From: an uncultured Anaeroplasmataceae bacterium
Lineage (GTDB): Bacteria; Bacillota_I; Bacilli_A; Acholeplasmatales; Anaeroplasmataceae
Assembly (NCBI GenBank): GCA_949840955.1
Contig: CATKXV010000004.1
Location: 63,804 to 127,803 of the forward strand
DNA: 64,000 nt
Direction: 5' to 3'
Part shown: one piece after another, positions 1 to 8,257 of the stretch
How the letters are laid out: each line of letters begins with the position of its first letter
Position numbering within the stretch: the first letter of the stretch is position 1
Program-made: the position numbers and the translations under genes
Notes under the pieces: generated by a model
Told to the model about the DNA's origin: nothing
The model's database searches: none
Seen by the model: only the letters and a program-made list of their open reading frames with translations

Positions 1-155
1 AATCTTTTATCTAACTCATAGGAAGCAAGCATGATGACGCGCTTGCATCCACAGCACTCTAGCTTAATGTCAGCTCCCACACGTAAAATTAACCAGGTAT
101 TACTTCCACACACATGAGGCTTTTTCGTTTGAACAATTTCATTTAGCTTGTACAT
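1..155 (-). CDS. DUF951 family small protein (partial; 3' end outside window)
   Basis: Minus-strand ATG at 153-155 preceded by AAGGAGAA. Translation MYKLNEIVQTKKPHVCGSNTWLILRVGADIKLECCGCKRVIMLASYELDKR fits the remembered DUF951 pattern (HPCG...GADI..C..C). It is absent from the ORF track because it runs off the window. Its start overlaps the rsmG stop by 13 nt. Confidence 0.5.
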   Translation of the reverse strand, partial: MYKLNEIVQTKKPHVCGSNTWLILRVGADIKLECCGCKRVIMLASYELDKR

Positions 156-847
156 AATGGTTTCTCCTTGATTTTGCCAAAGGCTCTTGGATATTTTCTA
201 GGCGTAGGCATAATTTTTTCTATCACGATGATTTGTCGTTGTTCTTCTTCATCGGGTAGAGTAAAGGCGTATTTTTTTATGATTTTTCCTCCTAGAATTT
301 GAATGGCAAATTCGGCCTCCTGTAGCTCTAAATCACCTGAGGCTCCCTTCATTGCTACAAATAAGCCTCCTACCTTTGTTAAGGGAAGACAAAGCTCAGC
401 TAATATAGAAAGTCGAGCAACTGCACGAGCAGTAACAACATCAAAGCTTTCTCTATACTCCTTAGCATACTCCTCAGCACGAGCATGAAATGCTTTCACA
501 TTGGTTAAATCTAATTTTTTTATCAAATCATTTAAAAACCGAATTCTTTTATGTAACGCATCAATAATCGTTACTTCCACCTTTGGATCAACAATAGCTA
601 AAGGAATAGAGGGAAAGCCAGCTCCGCTACCTACATCACATAAGGAATATTTTGATTTTGGTAAAGCCCTCGTAATTTCTAAGGAATCTAGAAAATGCTT
701 CCGATAAATTTCTTCTTTCTCTGTTATAGCTGTAAGATTCATAACCTCATTTACTTCAATTAAAGTAGTATAATAGCTTTCAAATTTAACACTTTGCTCT
801 AATGATAAATCAATATTTAATTTTTTCAATTCCTGAAAAAAATCCAT
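143..847 (-). CDS. rsmG: 16S rRNA (guanine527-N7)-methyltransferase RsmG (GidB)
   Basis: 234-aa ORF with SAM-binding motif DVGSGAGFPSIPLAI. It lies 3 nt downstream of mnmG, the usual pairing. Confidence 0.93.
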   Translation of the reverse strand: MDFFQELKKLNIDLSLEQSVKFESYYTTLIEVNEVMNLTAITEKEEIYRKHFLDSLEITRALPKSKYSLCDVGSGAGFPSIPLAIVDPKVEVTIIDALHKRIRFLNDLIKKLDLTNVKAFHARAEEYAKEYRESFDVVTARAVARLSILAELCLPLTKVGGLFVAMKGASGDLELQEAEFAIQILGGKIIKKYAFTLPDEEEQRQIIVIEKIMPTPRKYPRAFGKIKEKPLCTS

Positions 848-850
848 AAG

Positions 851-2734
851 CTATGCAGCCTCCTTCCCTCTTTTACCATGCTCTATATAAACAACTAGAA
901 CGGATAAATCTGCTGGATTTACACCACTTATTCTAGAGGCTTGCCCTATAGTGAGTGGACGAACCTTTTTAAGCTTTTCTCTTGCCTCTATTGCAATATT
1001 GTCAATAAGATCATAATTGATATCTATAGGGATTTTTTTCATTTCATAGCTGTGCATCTTTTGGGCTTGAGTCATAGCCTTGGAAATATAGCCCTCATAT
1101 TTTATCTCAATTTCAACCTGCTCTAGAACCTCCTCTGGGTTCGGATATTCTATAGAAATTTCTGGATATAATTTTAGAATGGTTTTATAAGAAATTTCTG
1201 GACGCTTTAATAAGGTGTATAAAGACACACCCTCTACAAGTGGAGAGGAGTTTACCTCCTCCAAAATTCGATTCATTTGCAGGTTTGGTTTAACCTTTAT
1301 ATTTTTAAATTCCTGACAAAGCCTTGAAATGCATTGCTTTTTCCTTTGAAGACGATCATAGGCTTCTAAGGAAATTAAACCTGCTTGATATCCATATTCT
1401 CTCAATCTTAAATCTGCATTATCATGACGCAATAATAAACGATATTCAGCTCGAGAGGTTAAAAGACGATAGGGCTCATTTGTCCCTTTGGTAACCAAAT
1501 CATCTATCATTACACCTATATAGGCCTCATCTCTTTTTAATATAAGTGGAGGCTCATTTTTTAAAAGTTTTGCTGCATTAATTCCTGCAAGTAAGCCTTG
1601 GCCAGCAGCCTCCTCATATCCAGAGGTTCCATTGATTTGACCAGCAGTAAAAAGTCCATGAATTCGTTTTGTCTCTAAGCTGGCTTTGATTTCTAAAGGA
1701 TTAATCGCGTCATATTCTATAGCATAAGCATAGCGAACCACCTCACAATCCTTTAAACCCGGAAGCATACGAATCATTTTATCCTGTATTTCAACTGGCA
1801 TAGAGGTAGAAAAGCCCTGAATATATTCTTGATCTAAGGATAAGGATTCTGGCTCAAAAAAGATTTGATGCCGTTCCTTATCACTAAACTTAACAACCTT
1901 ATCCTCTATAGAAGGACAATATCTAGGACCTATCCCTTCAACCACACCTCCATACATGGCAGATTGTTCTAAATTGTCTAATATTAAAGTATGGATGTCC
2001 TTAGTCGTATAGGTTAAATAACAAGGAACTCTTTGATTTAATAAAGAGGGATATCCCTCATCAAAGCTATAGTGCCAGGTTATTTCATCCCCTGGCTCCA
2101 GCTTTACCTTTGTGAAATCAATAGTAGAGGCCTTGATTCTAGGCGGTGTTCCTGTCTTTAATCTTTGAATTTCAAAGCCTAGATTTTTTAGTGCATTTGA
2201 GATTCCCTTAGACGTTTTTTGTCCATCTGGCCCCTCCTTTGATGTCCAGTGTCCCCGTAAAATTCGACTATCTAAATATGTTCCTGTTGTTAAAATTACC
2301 GTTTTTGCTTCTATAGACGCTCCATTTTCTAGCACAATTCCTTTAATATGATTCTTATCAACAATGAGATCCTCAACCAATGCTTCTAATAGGTCAAGAT
2401 TCTCTTGATTCTCTAAATGCCTACGCATTTCTTTTACATATAAAAGCTTATCCTCCTGGAATCGTAACGCTCGTACAGCTGGTCCCTTGGAGCTATTGAG
2501 CATTTTTGTCTGTATTTGACAAAGGTCTGCATTTTTCCCCATATAGCCACCTAAGGCATCAATCTCACGTACAACGACTCCCTTAGCTGGACCACCAATC
2601 GAAGGATTGCAAGGCATAGACCCTACCATATTTAAATTTCCTGTTACTAAAAGGGTTTTAAAGCCCATTCGACTTGTAGCCAAGCAAGCCTCACAGCCTG
2701 CATGACCTCCTCCTACAACAACAACATCGTACAA
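851..2734 (-). CDS. mnmG: tRNA uridine 5-carboxymethylaminomethyl modification enzyme MnmG (GidA)
   Basis: 627-aa ORF with N-terminal FAD fold YDVVVVGGGHAGCEA. Length and sequence are GidA-like throughout. Confidence 0.95.
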   Translation of the reverse strand: MYDVVVVGGGHAGCEACLATSRMGFKTLLVTGNLNMVGSMPCNPSIGGPAKGVVVREIDALGGYMGKNADLCQIQTKMLNSSKGPAVRALRFQEDKLLYVKEMRRHLENQENLDLLEALVEDLIVDKNHIKGIVLENGASIEAKTVILTTGTYLDSRILRGHWTSKEGPDGQKTSKGISNALKNLGFEIQRLKTGTPPRIKASTIDFTKVKLEPGDEITWHYSFDEGYPSLLNQRVPCYLTYTTKDIHTLILDNLEQSAMYGGVVEGIGPRYCPSIEDKVVKFSDKERHQIFFEPESLSLDQEYIQGFSTSMPVEIQDKMIRMLPGLKDCEVVRYAYAIEYDAINPLEIKASLETKRIHGLFTAGQINGTSGYEEAAGQGLLAGINAAKLLKNEPPLILKRDEAYIGVMIDDLVTKGTNEPYRLLTSRAEYRLLLRHDNADLRLREYGYQAGLISLEAYDRLQRKKQCISRLCQEFKNIKVKPNLQMNRILEEVNSSPLVEGVSLYTLLKRPEISYKTILKLYPEISIEYPNPEEVLEQVEIEIKYEGYISKAMTQAQKMHSYEMKKIPIDINYDLIDNIAIEAREKLKKVRPLTIGQASRISGVNPADLSVLVVYIEHGKRGKEAA

Positions 2735-2790
2735 GTTAACCAGCTCCTATCGCCCATTATCATACCATTTTTTTCTTTAACTTACAAGAG

Positions 2791-2812
2791 AAAAGGGCTC
2801 ATTGAGCCCATT
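2791..2812 (-). terminator. Rho-independent terminator after the YolD-like gene
   Basis: GGGCTC-att-GAGCCC hairpin at 2795-2809, followed on the minus strand by a T-rich run. Confidence 0.5.
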
Positions 2813-3133
2813 TTATCTCATTGTAATTTGATATATATCCTCCATATGGAATTTCTTTTTTGGTAATAAAACAATATATTTATTTAAAATATCAATTCTT
2901 TGGATGACTCCACTATATTCCATCATTTTCCCCTCTGTATAATAATGAATTTTAATTGCTTTATTCTTACTATAGCATTCAAATAGAATTAAATTCATTT
3001 GAAGCTTTTCCTCTTCACTGATTTGAGGGCGCTTATTTTTATATAGCGTATCTTCTTTTTCAATTGCCTCCTTCAATCCCTTTAAAGAATCAAATGGCAA
3101 ATATTTAGAAGCTCTTCGTTCTCGATCATTCAC
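2813..3133 (-). CDS. YolD-like protein (accessory partner of UmuC-like polymerases)
   Basis: 106-aa ORF whose ATG overlaps the stop of the upstream Y-family polymerase by 8 nt. Size, charge and pairing match the YolD family of Bacillota. Confidence 0.6.
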   Translation of the reverse strand: MNDRERRASKYLPFDSLKGLKEAIEKEDTLYKNKRPQISEEEKLQMNLILFECYSKNKAIKIHYYTEGKMMEYSGVIQRIDILNKYIVLLPKKKFHMEDIYQITMR

Positions 3134-4352
3134 GGTTATGTCCTCCTATTTGATTATTTCTTACATACAATGTAGATTCCTTGCAAAGGGCTGTTCCAAT
3201 AACAAGTTGATTTTTCCCATGTTTTTCCCAAACGCTTAAAATGGTTCTATTTAATCGTTCCTGCTTCTCATTCTTAACATAAAATAAAGTATTTGGATCC
3301 TTATTTTTAGAGATGATACCTGAAAAGGTAATGCCTATTCTTCGTATTTTTCCTTCTAGCACATGCGTATATTGGTTTTTCAATTCTTCCTTTATCACAT
3401 AGAAATCATCTGTATAAAAATCCAATGAAAAAGTTTTATGGTAGGAATCTTGATGATATCCATATCCAATATAAAAGGATATCGTTTGAATTAATATATT
3501 CTTAGAAATTAAATCCATAGATAAAACAAAGAGCATTTCCAGTAAAGGTATCCACGCTTCCTCCTTAGAATAATCCTTAAATAAAATTTGATGCCTCGAT
3601 ATACTTTTAGAGATTGGCTCATAGGCCTTGATATCTGCTATGGTCGTATGATCTATTCCCCAGGCATGCTCATATAAATCTAAGCCAATCACCCCAAATT
3701 CTTTTTTTAATATCTCCACATCACTCATTGCGATATCATGAAGTGTATATAGCTTCATCGCATTGAGCCTTTTTTTTATTCCAGAACCTATCTGCCAAAT
3801 ATCTTTTAGATTGTTATGGTACCAAATCGTTTTATAAAATTCATCTAAGGATAAATAGTGAAAATATGGTGCTTTTTTCTTAGCAATCAAATCTAAAGAG
3901 AGCTTTGCTAAATATAAATTATCCCCTGCTCCACAGGTTGCTGTAAGTCCAAGCTCCTTATAGATATCCTCTACTATTCTAAAGGCCAACTCACCTACAC
4001 TATGATATAAATGTAAGTAGGAGGAAACATCTAAAAACGCCTCATCAATGCTATAGGTATGTATATCAAGGGCATCCACGTATCTTAAAAAAATTCGATG
4101 GATCAGCACCGCATATTCAATATATTTTTTCATTCTAGGCTTAGCTATTAAATAAGAAATTTGTGGGATTTCATATAATCTTCCTCTGTTTTTAATTCCT
4201 TGTTCCTTTAAATAAGGACTGACCGCTAAGCATAGAGCCCCTTTTCCTCTACCCTCATCTGCTACAACAAGGGGTGTAGTCATAGGATTTAATCCACGCT
4301 CTACACATTCAACAGAGGCAAAGAAGCATTTCATATCTATACATAAATACAT
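3126..4352 (-). CDS. Y-family (UmuC/DinB-like) translesion DNA polymerase
   Basis: N-terminus YLCIDMKCFFASVECVERGL plus IDEAFLDVS palm motifs. The track start at 4361 is TTG. The ATG at 4350-4352 sits 9 nt after AAGGAG and is the likelier start. Confidence 0.85.
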   Translation of the reverse strand: MYLCIDMKCFFASVECVERGLNPMTTPLVVADEGRGKGALCLAVSPYLKEQGIKNRGRLYEIPQISYLIAKPRMKKYIEYAVLIHRIFLRYVDALDIHTYSIDEAFLDVSSYLHLYHSVGELAFRIVEDIYKELGLTATCGAGDNLYLAKLSLDLIAKKKAPYFHYLSLDEFYKTIWYHNNLKDIWQIGSGIKKRLNAMKLYTLHDIAMSDVEILKKEFGVIGLDLYEHAWGIDHTTIADIKAYEPISKSISRHQILFKDYSKEEAWIPLLEMLFVLSMDLISKNILIQTISFYIGYGYHQDSYHKTFSLDFYTDDFYVIKEELKNQYTHVLEGKIRRIGITFSGIISKNKDPNTLFYVKNEKQERLNRTILSVWEKHGKNQLVIGTALCKESTLYVRNNQIGGHNRE

Positions 4353-4473
4353 GCCTATCAACTCCTTGTAGTTTTATTTTAACCAAATATAGTACATTAT
4401 TTATGTATAATTAAATTTTAAATAAAAAAAGCATAAAAATTTGGGTTAGATAAGAATCAACCACGATTCAAAG

Positions 4474-4511
4474 CATAAAAAAAATCCAATGCCTTATGAA
4501 AAGCATTGGAT
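4474..4511 (-). terminator. Rho-independent terminator of the pgk-HPr-tpiA operon
   Basis: ATCCAATGC (4484-4492) pairs with GCATTGGAT (4503-4511). The minus strand then has a run of 8 T (A-run 4476-4483). Confidence 0.8.
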
Positions 4512-4518
4512 TATAGTT

Positions 4519-5271
4519 TTATACTGCTTTATTACAAAGTTCAATAAAGCTATCAGATTTTAATGACGCTCCACCGACTAAGCCGCCATCAATATTAGGC
4601 TGTGCCATAAGCCCACTTACGCTTTTTGGTGATACAGAACCACCATATAAGATACGAATTTCTTCAGCACAAAGAGAGCAATATAGCTTTGCAATTAAAG
4701 AACGAATATACCCACATGCCTCATCTGCCATTTCATCAGAAGCAACCTTTCCCGTTCCAATAGCCCAAATTGGCTCATAAGCTATAATGATATTGGACAA
4801 GTTTTCACTTGTAATCCCTTCAAATGCTTTTGTAATTTGACGTTCTAAAACCTCATGTGTTTTACCCGTTTCTCTTTCTTCTAGGGATTCACCACAGCAA
4901 ATGATTGGCTTTAAATCATTTGCAAGAGCTGCCTTAATCTTTAAATTTACTGTTTCATCCGTTTCATTGAAGTAAGCTCTTCTCTCACTATGCCCTATGA
5001 TAACATATTCTACGCCAGTAGTAGATAGCATTGCAGGAGATATTTCCCCTGTATAAGCACCACTTTCTGCAAAGTGTACATTTTGGGCACCGATTTTTAA
5101 AGAGTTTCCTTTTCTTTTAACTAAATCTCTTAATATAATTGCTGGAGCACAAATAATAGAATCTAATTGATTTTGTGCAGGAAGCTTATCACTCACAGCA
5201 TAAATAAATTCTAATGCTTCATCACGAGTCTTATTCATCTTCCAGTTTCCAGCCATTACTGGTTTTCTCAT
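4519..5271 (-). CDS. tpiA: triosephosphate isomerase
   Basis: Motifs AGNWKMN, IIGHSERR and YEPIWAIGTG. The track start at 5286 is TTG. The ATG at 5269-5271 after GAGGAAAG is the likelier start. Confidence 0.95.
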   Translation of the reverse strand: MRKPVMAGNWKMNKTRDEALEFIYAVSDKLPAQNQLDSIICAPAIILRDLVKRKGNSLKIGAQNVHFAESGAYTGEISPAMLSTTGVEYVIIGHSERRAYFNETDETVNLKIKAALANDLKPIICCGESLEERETGKTHEVLERQITKAFEGITSENLSNIIIAYEPIWAIGTGKVASDEMADEACGYIRSLIAKLYCSLCAEEIRILYGGSVSPKSVSGLMAQPNIDGGLVGGASLKSDSFIELCNKAV

Positions 5272-5292
5272 ACTTTCTTTCCTCAACTTAAT

Positions 5293-5541
5293 TTATTTTT
5301 CAAGGATTGTTGCAATATCGTTAATTGCAGCTTCAGCTTGATCTCCTGTAGCTTCAATAATAACATTTTCTCCTCTTGGGATAGCAAGAGACATTAAGCC
5401 TAAAATTGATTTAACATCAATCACCTTATTATGATAATGTAAGTTAATATCTACAGAATACTTAGATGCAGCCTGTACTACCTTGGCAGCTAAACTTGCA
5501 TGCAATCCTACTGTACTTTTTACTACAATTTGCTTTTGCAT
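5293..5541 (-). CDS. HPr-family phosphocarrier-like protein (atypical active-site loop)
   Basis: 82 aa from the ATG at 5539-5541 (RBS AAGGAGAAA). It aligns without gaps to B. subtilis HPr. GLHASLAA replaces GIHARPAT, and KSILGLMSL keeps the Ser46 region. Confidence 0.8.
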   Translation of the reverse strand: MQKQIVVKSTVGLHASLAAKVVQAASKYSVDINLHYHNKVIDVKSILGLMSLAIPRGENVIIEATGDQAEAAINDIATILEK

Positions 5542-5563
5542 TTTCCATTTCTCCTTAAAATTA

Positions 5564-6754
5564 TTATAATTCATCTACACAAGCAATGCCTGGTAAAACC
5601 TTGCCCTCTAGATATTCTAAAGATGCACCACCACCGGTTGAGATATGTGACATCTTATCTGCATAGCCTAAGCTTTCAGCAGCGGCAGCAGAATCACCAC
5701 CACCAATGATTGTATTTGCGCCTTCTAGCTTAGCTAATAATTCGCAAACTCCTATAGTACCAGCAGCGTAATTCTTCATTTCAAATACACCCATAGGTCC
5801 ATTCCAAACTACAGTTTTAGCTCCTGCTAAAACATCTGCAAACACCTCTAATGTTTTAGGTCCAATATCTAAACCCATATCGTCTGCTGCTAAAGCATCA
5901 ACAGACTTAACTACACCTGGAACATCTGCAAATTCCTTTGCACAAACAGTATCTACTGGTAAAACAAGCTTAGAGCCAGCCTTTGCTAAAAGCTCCTTTG
6001 CTAAATCTAGCTTATCTTCCTCACATTTAGAAGCACCTATATTTTTGCCTAAAGCCTTTAAGAAGGTGAACATCATTGCGCCACCAATTAGAATTTTATC
6101 AGCTTTTTCACATAAAGCCTCAATTACTCCAATTTTATCAGATACCTTTGCGCCACCTAAAATAGCAATGTAAGGACGAACAGGATCATCTACTGCTCCA
6201 CCAATATAACGGATTTCTTTTTCTAGTAAGAAACCAGCAGCAGTTTCACTAACATTTGCTGCAATACCAACATTTGAAGCAGCAGCACGATGTGCTGTAC
6301 CAAATGCATCGTTAACAAAAACATCACCTAAGGAAGCCCAATACTTTCCAAGCTCTGGATCGTTCTTTGATTCCTTTTTTCCATCAAGATCTTCATATCT
6401 TGTATTTTGGAACATTAGAATTTCTCCTTCACCTAGATGAGCAGCTGCATCCTCTAATGCTTTTCCTCTAGTTGCATTGACAAATTGAACAGGCTTATTT
6501 AGTAAGCTTTCTAATCTCTTTGCAACTACAGTTAAATCGTTCTTTGCAAGATCTGCTTCTTCCTTAACACGTCCTAAATGAGAAAATACGATTGCCTTAC
6601 CACCATGATTTACAACATACTCAATTGTAGGTAATGCTGCACGGATACGTGTGTCATCCGTAATTACGCCATCCTTCATAGGAACATTAAAATCCACACG
6701 AATTAATACTTTTTTTCCTTTTACGTTTAAATCTGAAACTATTTTTTTAGCCAT
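5564..6754 (-). CDS. pgk: phosphoglycerate kinase
   Basis: 396-aa ORF with RVDFNVP, FQNTRYE and GGGDSAAA motifs. Confidence 0.96.
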   Translation of the reverse strand: MAKKIVSDLNVKGKKVLIRVDFNVPMKDGVITDDTRIRAALPTIEYVVNHGGKAIVFSHLGRVKEEADLAKNDLTVVAKRLESLLNKPVQFVNATRGKALEDAAAHLGEGEILMFQNTRYEDLDGKKESKNDPELGKYWASLGDVFVNDAFGTAHRAAASNVGIAANVSETAAGFLLEKEIRYIGGAVDDPVRPYIAILGGAKVSDKIGVIEALCEKADKILIGGAMMFTFLKALGKNIGASKCEEDKLDLAKELLAKAGSKLVLPVDTVCAKEFADVPGVVKSVDALAADDMGLDIGPKTLEVFADVLAGAKTVVWNGPMGVFEMKNYAAGTIGVCELLAKLEGANTIIGGGDSAAAAESLGYADKMSHISTGGGASLEYLEGKVLPGIACVDEL

Positions 6755-6798
6755 ATTTAATTATTCCTCCAAAAATAAAGCCATTTTTTTTACAATTC

Positions 6799-6827
6799 AT
6801 TATAACATTAATAAAATAAGATTTCAA
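6799..6827 (-). promoter_or_regulatory. sigmaA-type promoter of pgk operon
   Basis: Minus strand reads TTGAAA (6827-6822), 17 nt, TATAAT (6804-6799), with TG at the extended -10 position. It lies about 45 nt upstream of the pgk ATG. Confidence 0.6.
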
Positions 6828-6891
6828 ATAAAATTGTTAGAAAGCGTATACCATTTTTTTACAAACCTTCCTTATCCTCAATCAATACAAT

Positions 6892-7110
6892 TTAAATGGC
6901 TATGGCTTTATAGAATATTAAAAAGATGAAGATTCCTTCTAAAAGGAAAAATAAAATACATATCCAAGAGAAAACATGCTGCTTAAACTTATATAAAGTC
7001 CTTAAATTTTTTCGCTGTGTTCGAAGGATGAAAAAATAAGGATGAAAAAAAACAATGAGGATGAAAAAAAACATAAATAAAATAGATAAGGTAAAATATA
7101 CACTAGACAT
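6892..7110 (-). CDS. hypothetical small membrane protein (two predicted TM helices)
   Basis: 72-aa ORF starting 28 nt after the stop of the 362-aa ORF, with a GGTGG RBS. Two long hydrophobic stretches flank a basic loop (RTQRKNLRTLYKFKQH). No recognisable family. Confidence 0.4.
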   Translation of the reverse strand: MSSVYFTLSILFMFFFILIVFFHPYFFILRTQRKNLRTLYKFKQHVFSWICILFFLLEGIFIFLIFYKAIAI

Positions 7111-7138
7111 ATAACCACCAATCTATTATATGCAAAAT

Positions 7139-8227
7139 TTAAGAATAGCGCTTAAGATAATAGGAATTATAGCTAACTGGCTCAGAATAATATTCAAAAA
7201 GTGCCTTTTTTGCTAAGGTATTCTTTTGTTTTGCAGAAATATCAAGTAGCTTTGTATAGTTATCCTCTATTATATGATTTTGTACAAGGCCTGCCAAATA
7301 ATATCCACTTTGGGGATTATATTTTAAGGTTAAATAGCTATAAAAAATTTGCTGCCTTAAGCCTTTGCAATCCGTTGTATACTCTTTTAAATATTCCTTT
7401 TTCCGATAATAAAATATCAATTGATTTAAATAGTCCTTATATTTTGTATATTCCTTGTATAAAACATTTTTCCTTAATTTAGACAAATGCGCTGCTGGCT
7501 TTAAATATTTCAGCTCCTCTATTGTGTCTAAGTAAACCTTAAAGGATACATCATAATAAAAAGAAAGATATGACTTAGGAATATAGACTATTGGATGCTT
7601 ATAAAGCTTATAATATGCATCATATTCAATGGATTTTTTAAAATCTAATTCATAAAAGTCATTATGATAAGGAGAATATAAGCTTTTCCAAGGCTTTCTA
7701 TTCCCTTTTTCAAAATAATCTAGAGCATAGACCTCCTCTAAATAATACTTTTTTTCTAAGGATTCAAATGCTTTTATTGGAGAAATATCTATGTCATTTG
7801 CTTTATCTGTAATGATAAGATTATGCCTTTTGCAAATGGATTTTGAAGCTTTTTCAATGATATACTTTATGAACTCCTTCTCACTCTTTTCTATTTCTTT
7901 TGGATTGAAAAGAGGATACTCCTGTATTGTATGATCCTCCAATTCAAAGTTTTTTGTTGATAATTCATTTAACAAAAAATTCTTTGATACATAATGATAA
8001 GCCACATCGATAACCCCTGATTGCTGCTTCTTACTACGCAAAACAAGATATTCTAAATTCTTTATACTAGAATCAATCAAAGGGTAAACCAAAAATCCCT
8101 GTGTAATCGATATGAGATTCAAATTGACTTCAGATGAAAATTTAGGATTGGATTCGATGCGGCTTTTATAAATCTGAAGAAGCTCCTCCTCAGACATTTC
8201 TTTTCTATAAACATAACAAGCTTCCAT
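7139..8227 (-). CDS. hypothetical protein, Tyr/Lys/Glu-rich, no recognisable domain
   Basis: 362-aa uninterrupted ORF starting 30 nt downstream of dnaE. No signal peptide, TM segment or motif that I recognise. Confidence 0.55.
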   Translation of the reverse strand: MEACYVYRKEMSEEELLQIYKSRIESNPKFSSEVNLNLISITQGFLVYPLIDSSIKNLEYLVLRSKKQQSGVIDVAYHYVSKNFLLNELSTKNFELEDHTIQEYPLFNPKEIEKSEKEFIKYIIEKASKSICKRHNLIITDKANDIDISPIKAFESLEKKYYLEEVYALDYFEKGNRKPWKSLYSPYHNDFYELDFKKSIEYDAYYKLYKHPIVYIPKSYLSFYYDVSFKVYLDTIEELKYLKPAAHLSKLRKNVLYKEYTKYKDYLNQLIFYYRKKEYLKEYTTDCKGLRQQIFYSYLTLKYNPQSGYYLAGLVQNHIIEDNYTKLLDISAKQKNTLAKKALFEYYSEPVSYNSYYLKRYS

Positions 8228-8257
8228 TCTCTCACCTATTTAAAAATATGATAGAGA

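Noticed and set aside
4462-4478. Short inverted repeat GAATC-N6-GATTC upstream of the Y-family polymerase region.
   Set aside because: It has only 5-bp arms and sits next to the tpiA terminator. It does not match the GAAC-N4-GTTC LexA box.
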